47,476 nucleotides of DNA from Octopus bimaculoides (taxonomy: Eukaryota): the NCBI RefSeq assembly GCF_001194135.2, contig NC_068986.1, positions 10,107,756 to 10,155,231 of the forward strand, in the 5' to 3' direction. The notes under the pieces were generated by a model. It was not told where the DNA came from. It searched no databases and saw only the letters and a list, made by a program, of their open reading frames with translations. The number at the start of each line of letters is the position of its first letter. Within the stretch, counting starts at the first letter, position 1. The position numbers and the translations under genes were made by a program. Below, one piece after another: positions 1-11,413 of this stretch.

Positions 1-158
1 TGGGGAAATTTCGAACCTGGGTTCTCATTCCTAAGGTATTTTTCAATGTTGTTGTTGTTGTTGTTGTTATTATTCAGGTCACTGCCTGGGCATATGACAT
101 AGTGGTTAAGAGCTCGGGCTACTAACCCCAAGATTCCGAGTTCGCTTCCAGGCAGTGA

Positions 159-217
<59 letters not shown>

Positions 218-384
218 TCGAAAAATACCTTAGGAATGAGAACCCAGGTTCAAAATTTCCCCAAGACACCTGATGAAGGCTGGAGGGTATATCAGCCGAA
301 ATGTGTTAACAACAAACAAGATGAGGACAAATATCCGTCAAATGTAAATAGTGTACATAATTCCTCATCTCTTAAATATCGAAC
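1..384 (+). mobile_element. Foldback element with a tRNA-like head (Pol III A/B boxes), an (AAT)n spacer and a hammerhead-like motif; SINE or Penelope-like non-autonomous element
   Basis: 1-44 is the reverse complement of 220-263 (1 mismatch) and 67-89 is the perfect reverse complement of 148-170. The loop holds an A-box-like TGACATAGTGG (95-105) and a B-box-like AGTTCGCTTCC (139-149). A hammerhead-like core lies at 265-307. The left arm runs off the window edge. Confidence 0.7.
265..307 (+). ncRNA. Degenerate minimal hammerhead-ribozyme-like motif
   Basis: gacac-CTGATGA-a-ggctg(gagggtatat)cagcc-GAAA-t-gtgtt. Core boxes at 270-276 and 298-301, a 5-bp stem II, and stem I gacac/gtgtt. Stem III and the cleavage triplet are missing in this copy. 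Confidence 0.55.
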
Positions 385-828
385 ATTTTTTTATATAATT
401 CCTAATAACATTTAATCATAAAAATTCAATGGGATTTTTTATATCTATCAAATAGCTATGGAGATTCTTCTGTAGAGTCAAATAGGAATGGAAGGTGTCT
501 CTAGGCAATAAATGTGGTTTCCTTCTTGACTTATATACAGGTCCCCTTCGCATAAAATAATTGTTTTTGCCATTGTGTTGAAGTTTTGTTATTTAATCAT
601 AAATCGATGCGGGCACCCCCTATGTGTTAACTTGATATGCTAGAAATAGCAACTAGATCCCCTTCAAATTCACCACCCTATTGTCTTAAAGAAAAGAAAA
701 ATGCAGTAACTAATGGAAACTTTGCCGTGGCCATCGTGAGAAATTGTGTAAGGTTCAACGGAGTTACTTTCGGACCCTACAGAGAAGGGAGTTGGGCCGG
801 TTCCACACATTCAGGACTTACGGGGCCC

Positions 829-1039
829 CTCTTTGGATCTCTGGACCCTCCTTGGATCTCTAAATTTGTTCTTGGATTTCCGGGGGGGGGGGGTTCGTGG
901 ATCTCTGGAACACTCCTTGAACCTCTGAGTTCCTTCTCGGATTTCCGGGCCCTTCTTTGGATTTCTAAGCACCTCCTTGGATTTCCAGACGCTTTGGATC
1001 GCTGGACATCTAAGATCTTCTGGCACTTTGGATCCCCGG
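829..1039. repeat. Degenerate ~19-21 bp minisatellite (core CTTGGATYTC), about 10 units
   Basis: Recurrent ctttggatct / ccttggatct / cttggatttc / ctttggattt / ctttggatcg / ctttggatcc units. Confidence 0.7.
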
Positions 1040-2230
1040 TCATCTCTGTTCACAACTGCATGATATAAAAAAGAAAAATAGTGAACTTTGCTAAATGACA
1101 GATATAAGAACGGGTAGCAGAGGAGGGACTTGAACTAAGAATGCATTGGAACAGAACTCCAAAATATCTTTAGTTCTACTGCAATGATTCTCAATGAGGT
1201 CCACACAAGATTTTGTTGTTAAAATTTATCTGCAATAAATTGGTTATATTTCTACAAAAAAGCAAAAGATTTTAACAATTTTTTAAATACAATTCCTCAT
1301 GATATTTAGTTATAAAAATATAAAATTTCTTTTTTTTTTATACATCGAATAAATTAGGAATCAAAAGGCGTCCATAGGGCAAACAAAATCGTTGAAACCC
1401 ACTGCCTTGCTGTCGTCTTCCATAGAAACCACAGTACCAACGGGGTCTTTCTAGGAAAGACTTCCACCCGTCCCCACCTATTTTCNNNNNNNNNNNNNNN
1501 NNNNNNNNNNNNNNNNNNNNNNNNNNNNNNNNNNNNNNNNNNNNNNNNNNNNNNNNNNNNNNNNNNNNNNNNNNNNNNNNNNNNNNNNNNNNNNNNNNNN
1601 NNNNNNNNNNNNNNNNNNNNNNNNNNNNNNNNNNNNNNNNNNNNNNNNNNNNNNNNNNNNNNNNNNNNNNNNNNNNNNNNNNNNNNNNNNNNNNNNNNNN
1701 NNNNNNNNNNNNNNNNNNNNNNNNNNNNNNNNNNNNNNNNNNNNNNNNNNNNNNNNNNNNNNNNNNNNNNNNNNNNNNNNNNNNNNNNNNNNNNNNNNNN
1801 NNNNNNNNNNNNNNNNNNNNNNNNNNNNNNNNNNNNNNNNNNNNNNNNNNNNNNNNNNNNNNNNNNNNNNNNNNNNNNNNNNNNNNNNNNNNNNNNNNNN
1901 NNNNNNNNNNNNNNNNNNNNNNNNNNNNNNNNNNNNNNNNNNNNNNNNNNNNNNNNNNNNNNNNNNNNNNNNNNNNNNNNNNNNNNNNNNNNNNNNNNNN
2001 NNNNNNNNNNNNNNNNNNNNNNNNNNNNNNNNNNNNNNNNNNNNNNNNNNNNNNNNNNNNNNNNNNNNNNNNNNNNNNNNNNNNNNNNNNNNNNNNNNNN
2101 NNNNNNNNNNNNNNNNNNNNNNNNNNNNNNNNNNNNNNNNNNNNNNNNNNATATATATCATCATCATAAATATACAGGGATTAGCATTGAGTTGCTTCTC
2201 CAACATACTGAAAATTTAGAAATAGCAGTC

Positions 2231-2457
2231 ATATATATGTATGTCTGTGTATGTGTGTCTGTGTTTGTCCCCCCAACATCGCTTGACAACCGATGGTGGT
2301 GTGTTTACGTCCCCGTAACTTAGCGGTTCGGCAAAAGACACCGATAGAATAAGTACTAGGCATCCAAAGAATAAGTTCTGGGGTCGATTTACTCGACTAT
2401 AGGCGGTGCTCCAGCATGGCCACAGTCAAATGACTGAAACAAGTAAAAGAGAAAAAG
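2231..2457 (+). mobile_element. SINE family A, 3' half
   Basis: gtgtttgtccccccaacatcgcttgacaaccg...gactgaaacaagtaaaag matches copies at 5639-5980, 14830-15250 and 36209-36656. Confidence 0.9.
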
Positions 2458-3163
2458 AGAAAGGGGTGGTTTTTTTTTTTGGTGTGGGGTACAAAAGGAA
2501 GTCTTGCCGGGTCTTTCTATCTGTCCTCAACGGTGAGCCACCATTGAGGGTTAGAACTATAATTTTAAACATCGCTGCCGACATTTTATCACGCATTTAT
2601 TCACACACACACACACACACACACCTTCCTCTCATCCTCCACAACCGTCTGATATTTTTTCCTTCCTTTGTCATTGTCACTTCTCAACCATCTTCCATCT
2701 TTTTACCTCTCTCTCTTTCTTTTATTCATCGTCTTCCTCGTTTCGTTTTTCCTCATCATTATTCGTTCTCCTTCGTCATCATTTCCTCCCCCTCCTCCTC
2801 AGCATCGTCACTCAGTCCTTTTTGTTTTTGTTGCTACTCCCTCCATCTTCTCCTCATCCTACCTCCTTCCTGTATCATTGTATTTGTCTCTCCTCCTCCT
2901 CCTCCCTTCCTATTACACTACTCGCTAAACCTTCCTCCACCTCCTCCTTTACTGTGCTACTTCTTAAGTCTCTCTCCTCCCACCTCTCCCACTACTATTT
3001 ACCTGAAATTCCTTTTGTTTTTACATTTTCTCTTCCAATATATTTCATTGTTGACCTTTTTTTTAATGATGGGAACACTTTGTTGTTTTTAAGAGGGGGC
3101 GCGGTCTCTTATATAATCATGCCTTCTAAACTTCTGCCTTCTCTTTCTTTCTCTCTCTGTCTT

Positions 3164-3200
<37 letters not shown>

Positions 3201-3860
3201 AACAATATGAGTATATGCATATATATGTACATGTATGTATATACCTTCATCCACATGTACATATAGATACATAACTGGGTACATGACGTGGCAAAAGAAC
3301 ATGGACAAATGGTAAACAAGGTGCAACAAACAAGCAGGCCACATAGAAACATCCCCTTCGCACACACATACATGTATAACACATAAACACGTGTATATGT
3401 ATAGTCATGCGTGTGTGTGTGTATGTGTATATATGAATATATATTCACCTGTGTTCTCTCTCTCTCGTGCGCACGCGCGATAAGAGATGGAAACCAAAAA
3501 CAGGGAAAAGAAATAAATGGGTGAGGGACAAGAATATAAACAAAAAACAAAGAGAAAAGAAGAAAAAAAAAAGCTCCCCCCTGAATAATATTGGCGATGA
3601 CATGGGAAGGTGGAAGAACTGTCCCTGTACAAAGTTCATTTGTCGATCTGAGGTGGTGATGGGAGGAGGGAGAGAGAAAGGGAGAAAGAGAAAGCATGAG
3701 AAAATAGTGGTCATCCGAAAATAGAACAGTTTTGTTCACATTCCTTCATCCGGTTCTTGCTGTGGAATGACGTGGCGATGGTGATGATGATGATGATGAT
3801 GATGATGGTGATCATGATGGTGGTGGTGATGTGATTGTAGCAGTGACAATAATGGTGGAT

Positions 3861-3891
<31 letters not shown>

Positions 3892-4949
3892 CAGCGGTGA
3901 CTGTGATAGTGGCGAAGGCGGTTATGAGATAACGCTGGTGGATGTGATGAAGGTGTCCATGACTTGTTATGACGATGATGATGATGATGATGATCGCGGT
4001 GGTGGTGGTGATGCGGATGGCGGCAGCGGGCGTTTGTGATGCTGATTATTTTATTTATTTATTTATTTATTTATTCATCTTATTTGTATATTCTTAAAAG
4101 GTGAGTAAAATCAATGGGAAAATATCTTTCTTTCTTTAAATCTATCTCTCTCTCTCTCCGCTACACAGATGTGCTGCCTTCCCCCCCTCTCTCTCATTAT
4201 TCGAACTTTTTCTGTTGTTTTTTCTTTTTGAAAAAACATTCCTTTAAAACGACCACATTTCAGTGAATATAATTCAAAATACATTTTTAACTTGCTCGCG
4301 ATGACGACTAACGCAAAGCGAAGAGAAAGCTTCATTTGTGCCGGACATTAAATATATACAGGAATGCTGATGCAAACAGGAGAAATCGAACTCAAAATAT
4401 GAGACTATATCTATATTTTCAATATGCAGCAGAAGTGCCTACGCACGGAACTCTCGGACCTTGAGTCACTCTGTTGCTTCTGCTAAATATTAATATATAT
4501 ATNNNNNNNNNNNNNNNNNNNNNNNNNNNNNNNNNNNNNNNNNNNNNNNNNNNNNNNNNNNNNNNNNNNNNNNNNNNNNNNNNNNNNNNNNNNNNNNNNN
4601 NNNNNNNNNNNNNNNNNNNNNNNNNNNNNNNNNNNNNNNNNNNNNNNNNNNNNNNNNNNNNNNNNNNNNNNNNNNNNNNNNNNNNNNNNNNNNNNNNNNN
4701 NNNNNNNNNNNNNNNNNNNNNNNNNNNNNATATATTAGAAATAACAAATTTCTAAATCTCTCAGTATATATATATATGGGTAGTTCTACTTCCCTCTATC
4801 CTTCACTCTCTCTCTCCCTTTTCCTCACAAACATTCATGCATAAATATGCATCTCTCACGCTCTTTCCTCCTCCTCTCTCTCTCTCTCTCAGTTGTAAAA
4901 GTTTGTCACCGTCTCCCCACCTCTCTACCTCTTTATAATTTCAATTTTA

Positions 4950-4988
<39 letters not shown>

Positions 4989-5083
4989 ATTACTCTATGT
5001 ACGGTTGTACTTTTGAAATAGTTTTCTGCATCTCTGTATTAATGTGGATCTATATTTTTTTCTTCTCTATCTCTCTTTATCCA

Positions 5084-5092
5084 TCTACCTAC

Positions 5093-5136
<44 letters not shown>

Positions 5137-5230
5137 ATTTACTTTACTTTATTTTCGTCCCCATCGAAAAGAAAAAAACTATATTGTATTTGTCCCATCT
5201 ATGTTGAGCCCTGTGTGGCTAATAAAAGAA

Positions 5231-5268
<38 letters not shown>

Positions 5269-5316
5269 TTATCTACCTACCTGTCTGTCTGCCTGCCTGC
5301 CTACCTACCTACCTAC

Positions 5317-5363
<47 letters not shown>

Positions 5364-5368
5364 CCCAC

Positions 5369-5428
<60 letters not shown>
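5084..5428. repeat. (CTAT)n/(CTAC)n compound microsatellite with an embedded retroposon 3'-tail fragment at 5190-5232
   Basis: Tetranucleotide arrays flank ttgtcccatctatgttgagccctgtgtggctaataaaagaaat, related to tails at 27373-27430, 39165-39219 and 45450-45479. Confidence 0.85.
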
Positions 5429-5429
<1 letters not shown>

Positions 5430-5638
5430 GTTTCTTTTCCTTTCTTTTCGGCTGCACTTTTCAATTATGTAGTATACTGTTCCGTGAATATATAAAAAAA
5501 AGGTACTCCATCTGATGAAATGAAAACGGTACATATATTTTTTATTAGTTACTAATAGTTTCATGCGATGAAAACGACCCAGGCAGCATTTTATAATACG
5601 CGTGGTGTCCTCACGCAATCTTCAGGTTATATATATTT

Positions 5639-5825
5639 ACTCTTTTACACGTTTCAGTCATTTGACTGCGGCCATGCTGGAGCACCGCCTTTAGTCGAAG
5701 AAATCGATCCCATGACTTATTCTTTGTAAGCCTAGTGTCTTTTGCCGAACCGCTAAGTTTCGGGGATCGAAACACACCAACATTGGTTGTCAAGGCGATG
5801 TTGGGGGGGACAAACACAGACACAT

Positions 5826-5860
<35 letters not shown>

Positions 5861-5980
5861 NNNNNNNNNNTTTGGTCGGTCCGAGGTTATAGTAAAGGAC
5901 TCTTGCCCAAAGTTCCACGCAGTGGGACTGAACCCGGGACCATGTGGTTGGAAAGCAAGCTACTTACCGCACAGCCACTA
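5639..5980 (-). mobile_element. SINE family A, near full length
   Basis: Reverse complement has the tRNA-like head (gtggctgtgcggtaagtagc...ggttcagtccc), an internal (TA)n with a 10-N gap and the family 3' end. Confidence 0.9.
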
Positions 5981-6210
5981 CTGCACCTAGAACCAACCCT
6001 CAGCCATATCTACGGTTCTCCACAGTACACTACTAGTTCATACAGTTTTACCTTGTGTTCTTGTGCTGTGGTTCCTAGCCACTTCTGGCGTCCTACGTGT
6101 CGATGCACCGAGATTCCAATGAATCCTATATCTGTGTGTGTGTGTGTGTGTGTGTTTATAACTGTCAATGGACTGTTTTTTCTATGCATGTAAACGTATC
6201 TTCGCGATGT

Positions 6211-6263
<53 letters not shown>

Positions 6264-6514
6264 TGGTGTATGATGGGGTAAGAAAACAAAGCTGGGATTT
6301 CGACTGTCACCTACCTGTTGCCATGCCAACGACAACAGCAGCAGCAGCAGCCGCCAAGTGGACAGTTTATCAGGTGCGTATTGTGAGGCTGGTGACATCC
6401 CACCAGCATCACCAGTAACATCATCGTCACCACCGTCATCATCATCAGCATCGTCATCGCCATCCTATGATTTGTTGTCCTCACCACCTTCAACACCAAT
6501 ACCAATGTTTCCTC

Positions 6515-6545
<31 letters not shown>

Positions 6546-6758
6546 CAAAACGTTATTGTTGTCGTCATCATCATCACCATCGTCGTCATTAGCTTCCATC
6601 ATTATCGACATTATTAAACTGCAGCAATTCAGCCAAAATTCCACGTTAATTATTACGACCACGATGACGATGACGATTATTATTATTATTGTTATTGTTA
6701 TTATTATTATTCGGAGGGAAGAGAGCCAGGGATTGGTGTGAGAACGAAAGATGTTAAA

Positions 6759-7035
6759 CTGAAGGGACGATAGAGAGAGAGAGGGGGGGGCAGGAGGCTG
6801 AGGGATGATAGGGTGAAAGGGGGAGACTGAAGGACGATAAAGCTAAGGCATGATAGAGAGGGGGAGGAGGCTGAAAGATGAGAGATAAAGAGAGAGAGGG
6901 GGAAGCTGAAAGATGATAGAAATAGAGAGGTTGAAGCTAAGGTACCGGAGAGGGAGAGGCTGAAAGTTGATAGAGATAAAGAGAGAGAGAGAGGGAAGCT
7001 GAAAGATGATAAAGAGAGAGAGAGAGAGAGAGAGA
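6759..7035. repeat. Purine-rich minisatellite, core AGGCTGAAAGATGATAGA followed by (GA)n, about 7 units
   Basis: Repeated ggctgaaagatga / gctgaaagatgata / gctgaaagttgata separated by GA runs. Confidence 0.7.
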
Positions 7036-7327
7036 GAGTGAGAGAGAGGTGGGAGGCAGTACATACTTTCATCCCTCCTCTTCATCCATTCTTGTCAGTC
7101 TGATGTCGCCGTAGTCACCACCGCCATCCGAACTCTTAGTTTTATTTTTGTCCGTTTTGTTTTTTCACTTTCTTTTTACTTTGTTATTCATTATTCATTA
7201 TAATCACAAACGAGTCGTTATTATTCTTTCATAGTGCCACGTCTGTAACATAAACATACGGTTTATCATATATACATATCTAGACATATACATATACACC
7301 CATACATACCTACACACATATACATCC

Positions 7328-7368
<41 letters not shown>

Positions 7369-7712
7369 TGTGTGTGTGTGTACATATATATAAATATACA
7401 CACACAGAGACGAGTTTCTTTCAACGGGTGTATGTATGTATGTATGTATATATATATATAACGAGGCGGATTCCTTTGGGTTGTTTTTTTTAAACAACCC
7501 GTTTGTTTCTTGTTAAGACTCGACAAAAACTATATACATCAACCGAAAAAAAGAAAAAGAAAAAAGGAAAAAACAAGAAACTAAACTCGATAACAATAAC
7601 ATCACAACACACACACCCAGCTCAGAATTCTGTGGCTCCGTGACCTCCCTCTGATGACTGTTCGTGACGCAGGTAATAATAATAATAATAATTACTATAA
7701 TAATATTACTGC

Positions 7713-7747
<35 letters not shown>

Positions 7748-8142
7748 TTATTGACGATGACAACGATGATGATGATGATGATAGTAACTGTGTCTTTTCT
7801 ATAAAAAGAACAACATTCATCTTTTTTTTTATATCCTGAATAAGAAAGTCTTTTTTTTTTGTAGAAAATGTTTATTTATTGTCTTTGTTGAAGGTATATT
7901 TTCGTCTTTAGTTTTGCTTTCTCGTCTCTTCAGCTTTTTATTTCGTGTGTGTGTGTGTGTGTGTCTTTGATGTCTGAATTTGTGTGTGTGTGTGTGTGTG
8001 TGTGTGTATTAATGTTTGTTTTTATTCTCTGTTATACTAAAAAACAGTTTTACATCATACACCATCGTCCGACAATGGCTTAATTGGCCGAAACTTCCAA
8101 GTTACTTTCATATATGTATACTTAAGAATAATATGAACATAA

Positions 8143-8174
<32 letters not shown>

Positions 8175-8565
8175 TAATGTGATTATTAAGGAAAGCCTGC
8201 GACAGCTATGGGCACTGCCCCCTTTTTGCAGGCCTAGTGAGAAATAGACACACACACACGATTATATCTCTCTATCTAGCTGTCAGTCTGTCTGTTCATC
8301 TCTGTCTCCCTCTCTCATTCATTCTTTTTTTCTCTCCATTTTTCTGCTCTCTCTCTCTCTCTCTCTCTCTGCCTTTTCACGTCTTTCTTCCTGCTCATCG
8401 ATTATTTGCAATCTCACTCTCTTACTATCAATATCTTCCTTCACCGGTATGTAACCTTCTCTCGTTGCTTCTCTCTGTCTCTCTCTCTCTCTTTCACACA
8501 CATATATATTGCAGTGTACATTTTCTTCTTTCTTCCATCATCTCCCCCCCCCATTCTCTCTTATT

Positions 8566-8596
<31 letters not shown>

Positions 8597-9144
8597 GCAT
8601 CACCATTTGGGGCATCGTTTGTCCTTTTTTTTCTTCCTTTTCATTATTATTTGTTCCGTTTGTTTGGTCAATGCTAAGCCCCACGGATAACGATTACATT
8701 GATCACAATAAAACGTTAATAACAGCATACCACCACCAGCGTTTGTGTTTTTCCTATGTTTTTGTACGTGTTGAAGAATGTGTGTGTGTGTGTGTGTGTG
8801 TGTGCTTGAGTACATAAGCCAATGCAAACTTCAATCCAAACACGCTCACTGTGTACGTATTTACACACACGTCTTCTCTATCAAGCTGTGTGTGTTGGCT
8901 TCCCAACCGCATGGCTCTGAGTTCAGTTCCATTGCGTAGCACCTTGGTCTGAGTGCTTCGTTCTGCTCTCAACAAATAAATAGAGTATGGTTCCAGGGGT
9001 GTGAAAAGGTAGAGTTGACCAATATATAAGCCCAAAAGCTGAAAATCTTATCTGGAAAGACTAGAAGATAATGGCGGAAATGTAAGAAACAATGTGGGGA
9101 GGGGGTGGCGGTGCTAAAAGAGAAGTGAGATGTCAGATATACTC

Positions 9145-9200
<56 letters not shown>

Positions 9201-9504
9201 ACCCCATACTTTCTACTAAATGTGTCTCGATTATCAATCTGTCTCTCTTCTATCTCACTGGCAGTGTTATGAGGGATGGAATTACATTGGATCTGTCTAA
9301 ATTCAACTCTTCCATACCTTCATTTTTCTTTCCCTAAGCATCACCATGTCTTTTTGCAAGTAATCTCCCCCCCCCACTTTTCCTGCTGGTGATCTTTCGG
9401 AGAAAGTATGTCAAAACTGAAAGTATTTCTTTGGCAATTTCCTTAAAATTTTGTTTTTCAGCTGAATCGCTTAATGTTTATGTATTTTTTGTGTATGGAT
9501 GGAT

Positions 9505-9930
9505 CATCATCATCGTCGTTTAACGTCCGTTTTCCATGCTAGCATGGGTTGGACGATTTGACTGAGTACTGGTGAAACCAGATGGCTACACCAGGCTCCA
9601 ATCTGATTTGGCAGAGTTTCTACGGCTGGATGCCCTTCCTAACGCCAACCACTCCGAGAGTGTAGTGGGTGCTTTTACGTGTCACCCGCACGAAGGCCAG
9701 TCAGACGGTACTGGCAACGGCCACGTTCAAAATGGTGTATTTTATGTGCCACCCGTACAAGAGCCAGTCCAGGGACACTGGCAACGATCTCACTCGAAAG
9801 ACCTTACACATGCCGCGGGCACAAGTGCCAGAATGGCGATGCTGGGCACAGGTGCCATCACAAATTCGCTTTCGCTTGCCCCAATAAGTCTTCGCAAGCT
9901 GAGTTTCACGTCCAATTTAACTCGATTTCA
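9505..9930 (-). mobile_element. RTE-LINE 3' UTR/tail copy (family B) with two ~67-bp internal modules
   Basis: Reverse complement of the tail attached to the RTE ORF at 44284-44513; actggcaacg at 9710 and 9777. Confidence 0.85.
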
Positions 9931-11139
9931 ATGTGTTATATATATATATACATAAACACATACTTAGATTTACATAGACAGATTAGCACACATAAACACA
10001 TACATACTCAAAAAATAAATAAATATAAGCGATTCAACTAAAAAAAAAATTAAACAAACAAAACTTTTTAATAAAAATTGCCAAACAGATACTTCTAGTT
10101 TTGATATACCTTCTCTGAAAGATCCCCTTCCTGCCCTCATAGCTTCTTATTGAGATCCATCATTCTCATTCTGTTTTCATCATGCATTGCTTATAGCTAT
10201 CCATCACCCTCTCTCACATTCAGTCCTCATTTATCACTCATTGTTGTCAGTCATCACTCATTTTCTCCCTTCACTCCCACTTCTAGCGGCTACTTTTCCT
10301 TCAATCACTCACATTTCTTCCCAGCTTGCCACTCCAGCTGTTTCTATCCAATCTCCTTACCAACAATCCTCATATAGCTGCTGCCTGTCACTGTCACTCT
10401 TTACCCTCTCACCCGTCACCCTCCCACTCCTCTCACTTTGGTTTTCCTATCTTACTCTCTATCATCCTCTTGCCTTCTCTTTGCTCTCTCTCTCTCTCTC
10501 TGCAGTCTATCCTATCTCCATACTATCTCCAACTGTCATGTAGCTCCCTATCACACCCTCACTCTCTCTCCCTTGCCTGTCACTCTCTTTCTTCTCACTT
10601 TTTACTCTTCCATCTCCCTCACCCAGGCCGCTGCCTTACACCGTTACTGGAAAAGAAAGGTGAATCGTTTACAGCAACAGGGAAAAGAAACCACCTGACT
10701 TGTCTTGCTAATGATGACACATGACACTAATTTCGGTGAAAAAACAGAGAGAACTATTTTAGTTCTTGACTATTTTAGTCTTGGTAGGAACAAGATAATT
10801 TCTCAAGGGCTGGGGCCATTATGAAATGTTTCTGGTTTCTCTTTAAGGGATTGGTGAATGATTAGAGACAGCGTAGGAATAGAAAAGGCCCCAAAGTGCT
10901 TTTGGGGATGAGACAACCTCACTAGTGCTTGTGTCACAATAAAATGCATTCAGTAAAGGGGACAGCATCTAGCTGGAGAAATCATTCTAAAAATTGAATG
11001 TATAAACAAGAGAAGGGTGACAGGACCCCCAAAGAAGAACTGAGTTGGACTATGATGAACTGTTCAACACATGTTGGTGTGGGAATGCAACTGTGAAATG
11101 ATGAAGGTAATAATGATAGTATATGTGTGTGTGTGTGTG

Positions 11140-11400
11140 CTGCTTGAAATGAGGAGTAGATAGGCAGCCGACAACTGATGAAGGGTTGTTTCTCTGTGTT
11201 TACTTGTCCTGTTTTCCGTTTTTTTTCTCTCGTTGTTTATGTATTTAACTCGTTTTACCTACGTATTTCATGTTGTTTTCACAGTTGATTACATCCTGTA
11301 CCTATATATGCATATATATATATATATATANNNNNNNNNNGAATTGAAAAAGTCTATAACGTTTCGAGCCTACACTCTTTCACAGAAAGAAACACAGAAA
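11140..11400 (-). mobile_element. Short element with a variant hammerhead-like motif on the minus strand (about 11350-11392); possibly Penelope-like derived
   Basis: Minus strand reads ttt-CTGTGAA-a-gag(tgtagg)ctc-GAAACGTT. An unpaired CTGATGA lies at 11175-11181 on the plus strand. Boundaries are approximate. Confidence 0.4.
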
Positions 11401-11413
11401 GAATATATATATA

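Noticed and set aside
88-150. tRNA gene at the centre of the foldback, and at other SINE heads
   Set aside because: A and B boxes are present but there is no complete cloverleaf or acceptor stem; they continue into repeat bodies.
637-1068. 143-aa ORF and two overlapping minus-strand ORFs
   Set aside because: They are explained by a stop-poor ~20-bp minisatellite; no recognisable domain.
6052-6131. Possible 80-nt minus-strand exon (ag...aag|gtaaaa)
   Set aside because: The acceptor is preceded by (CA)n rather than a pyrimidine tract, the peptide is unrecognised and there is no supporting neighbour.
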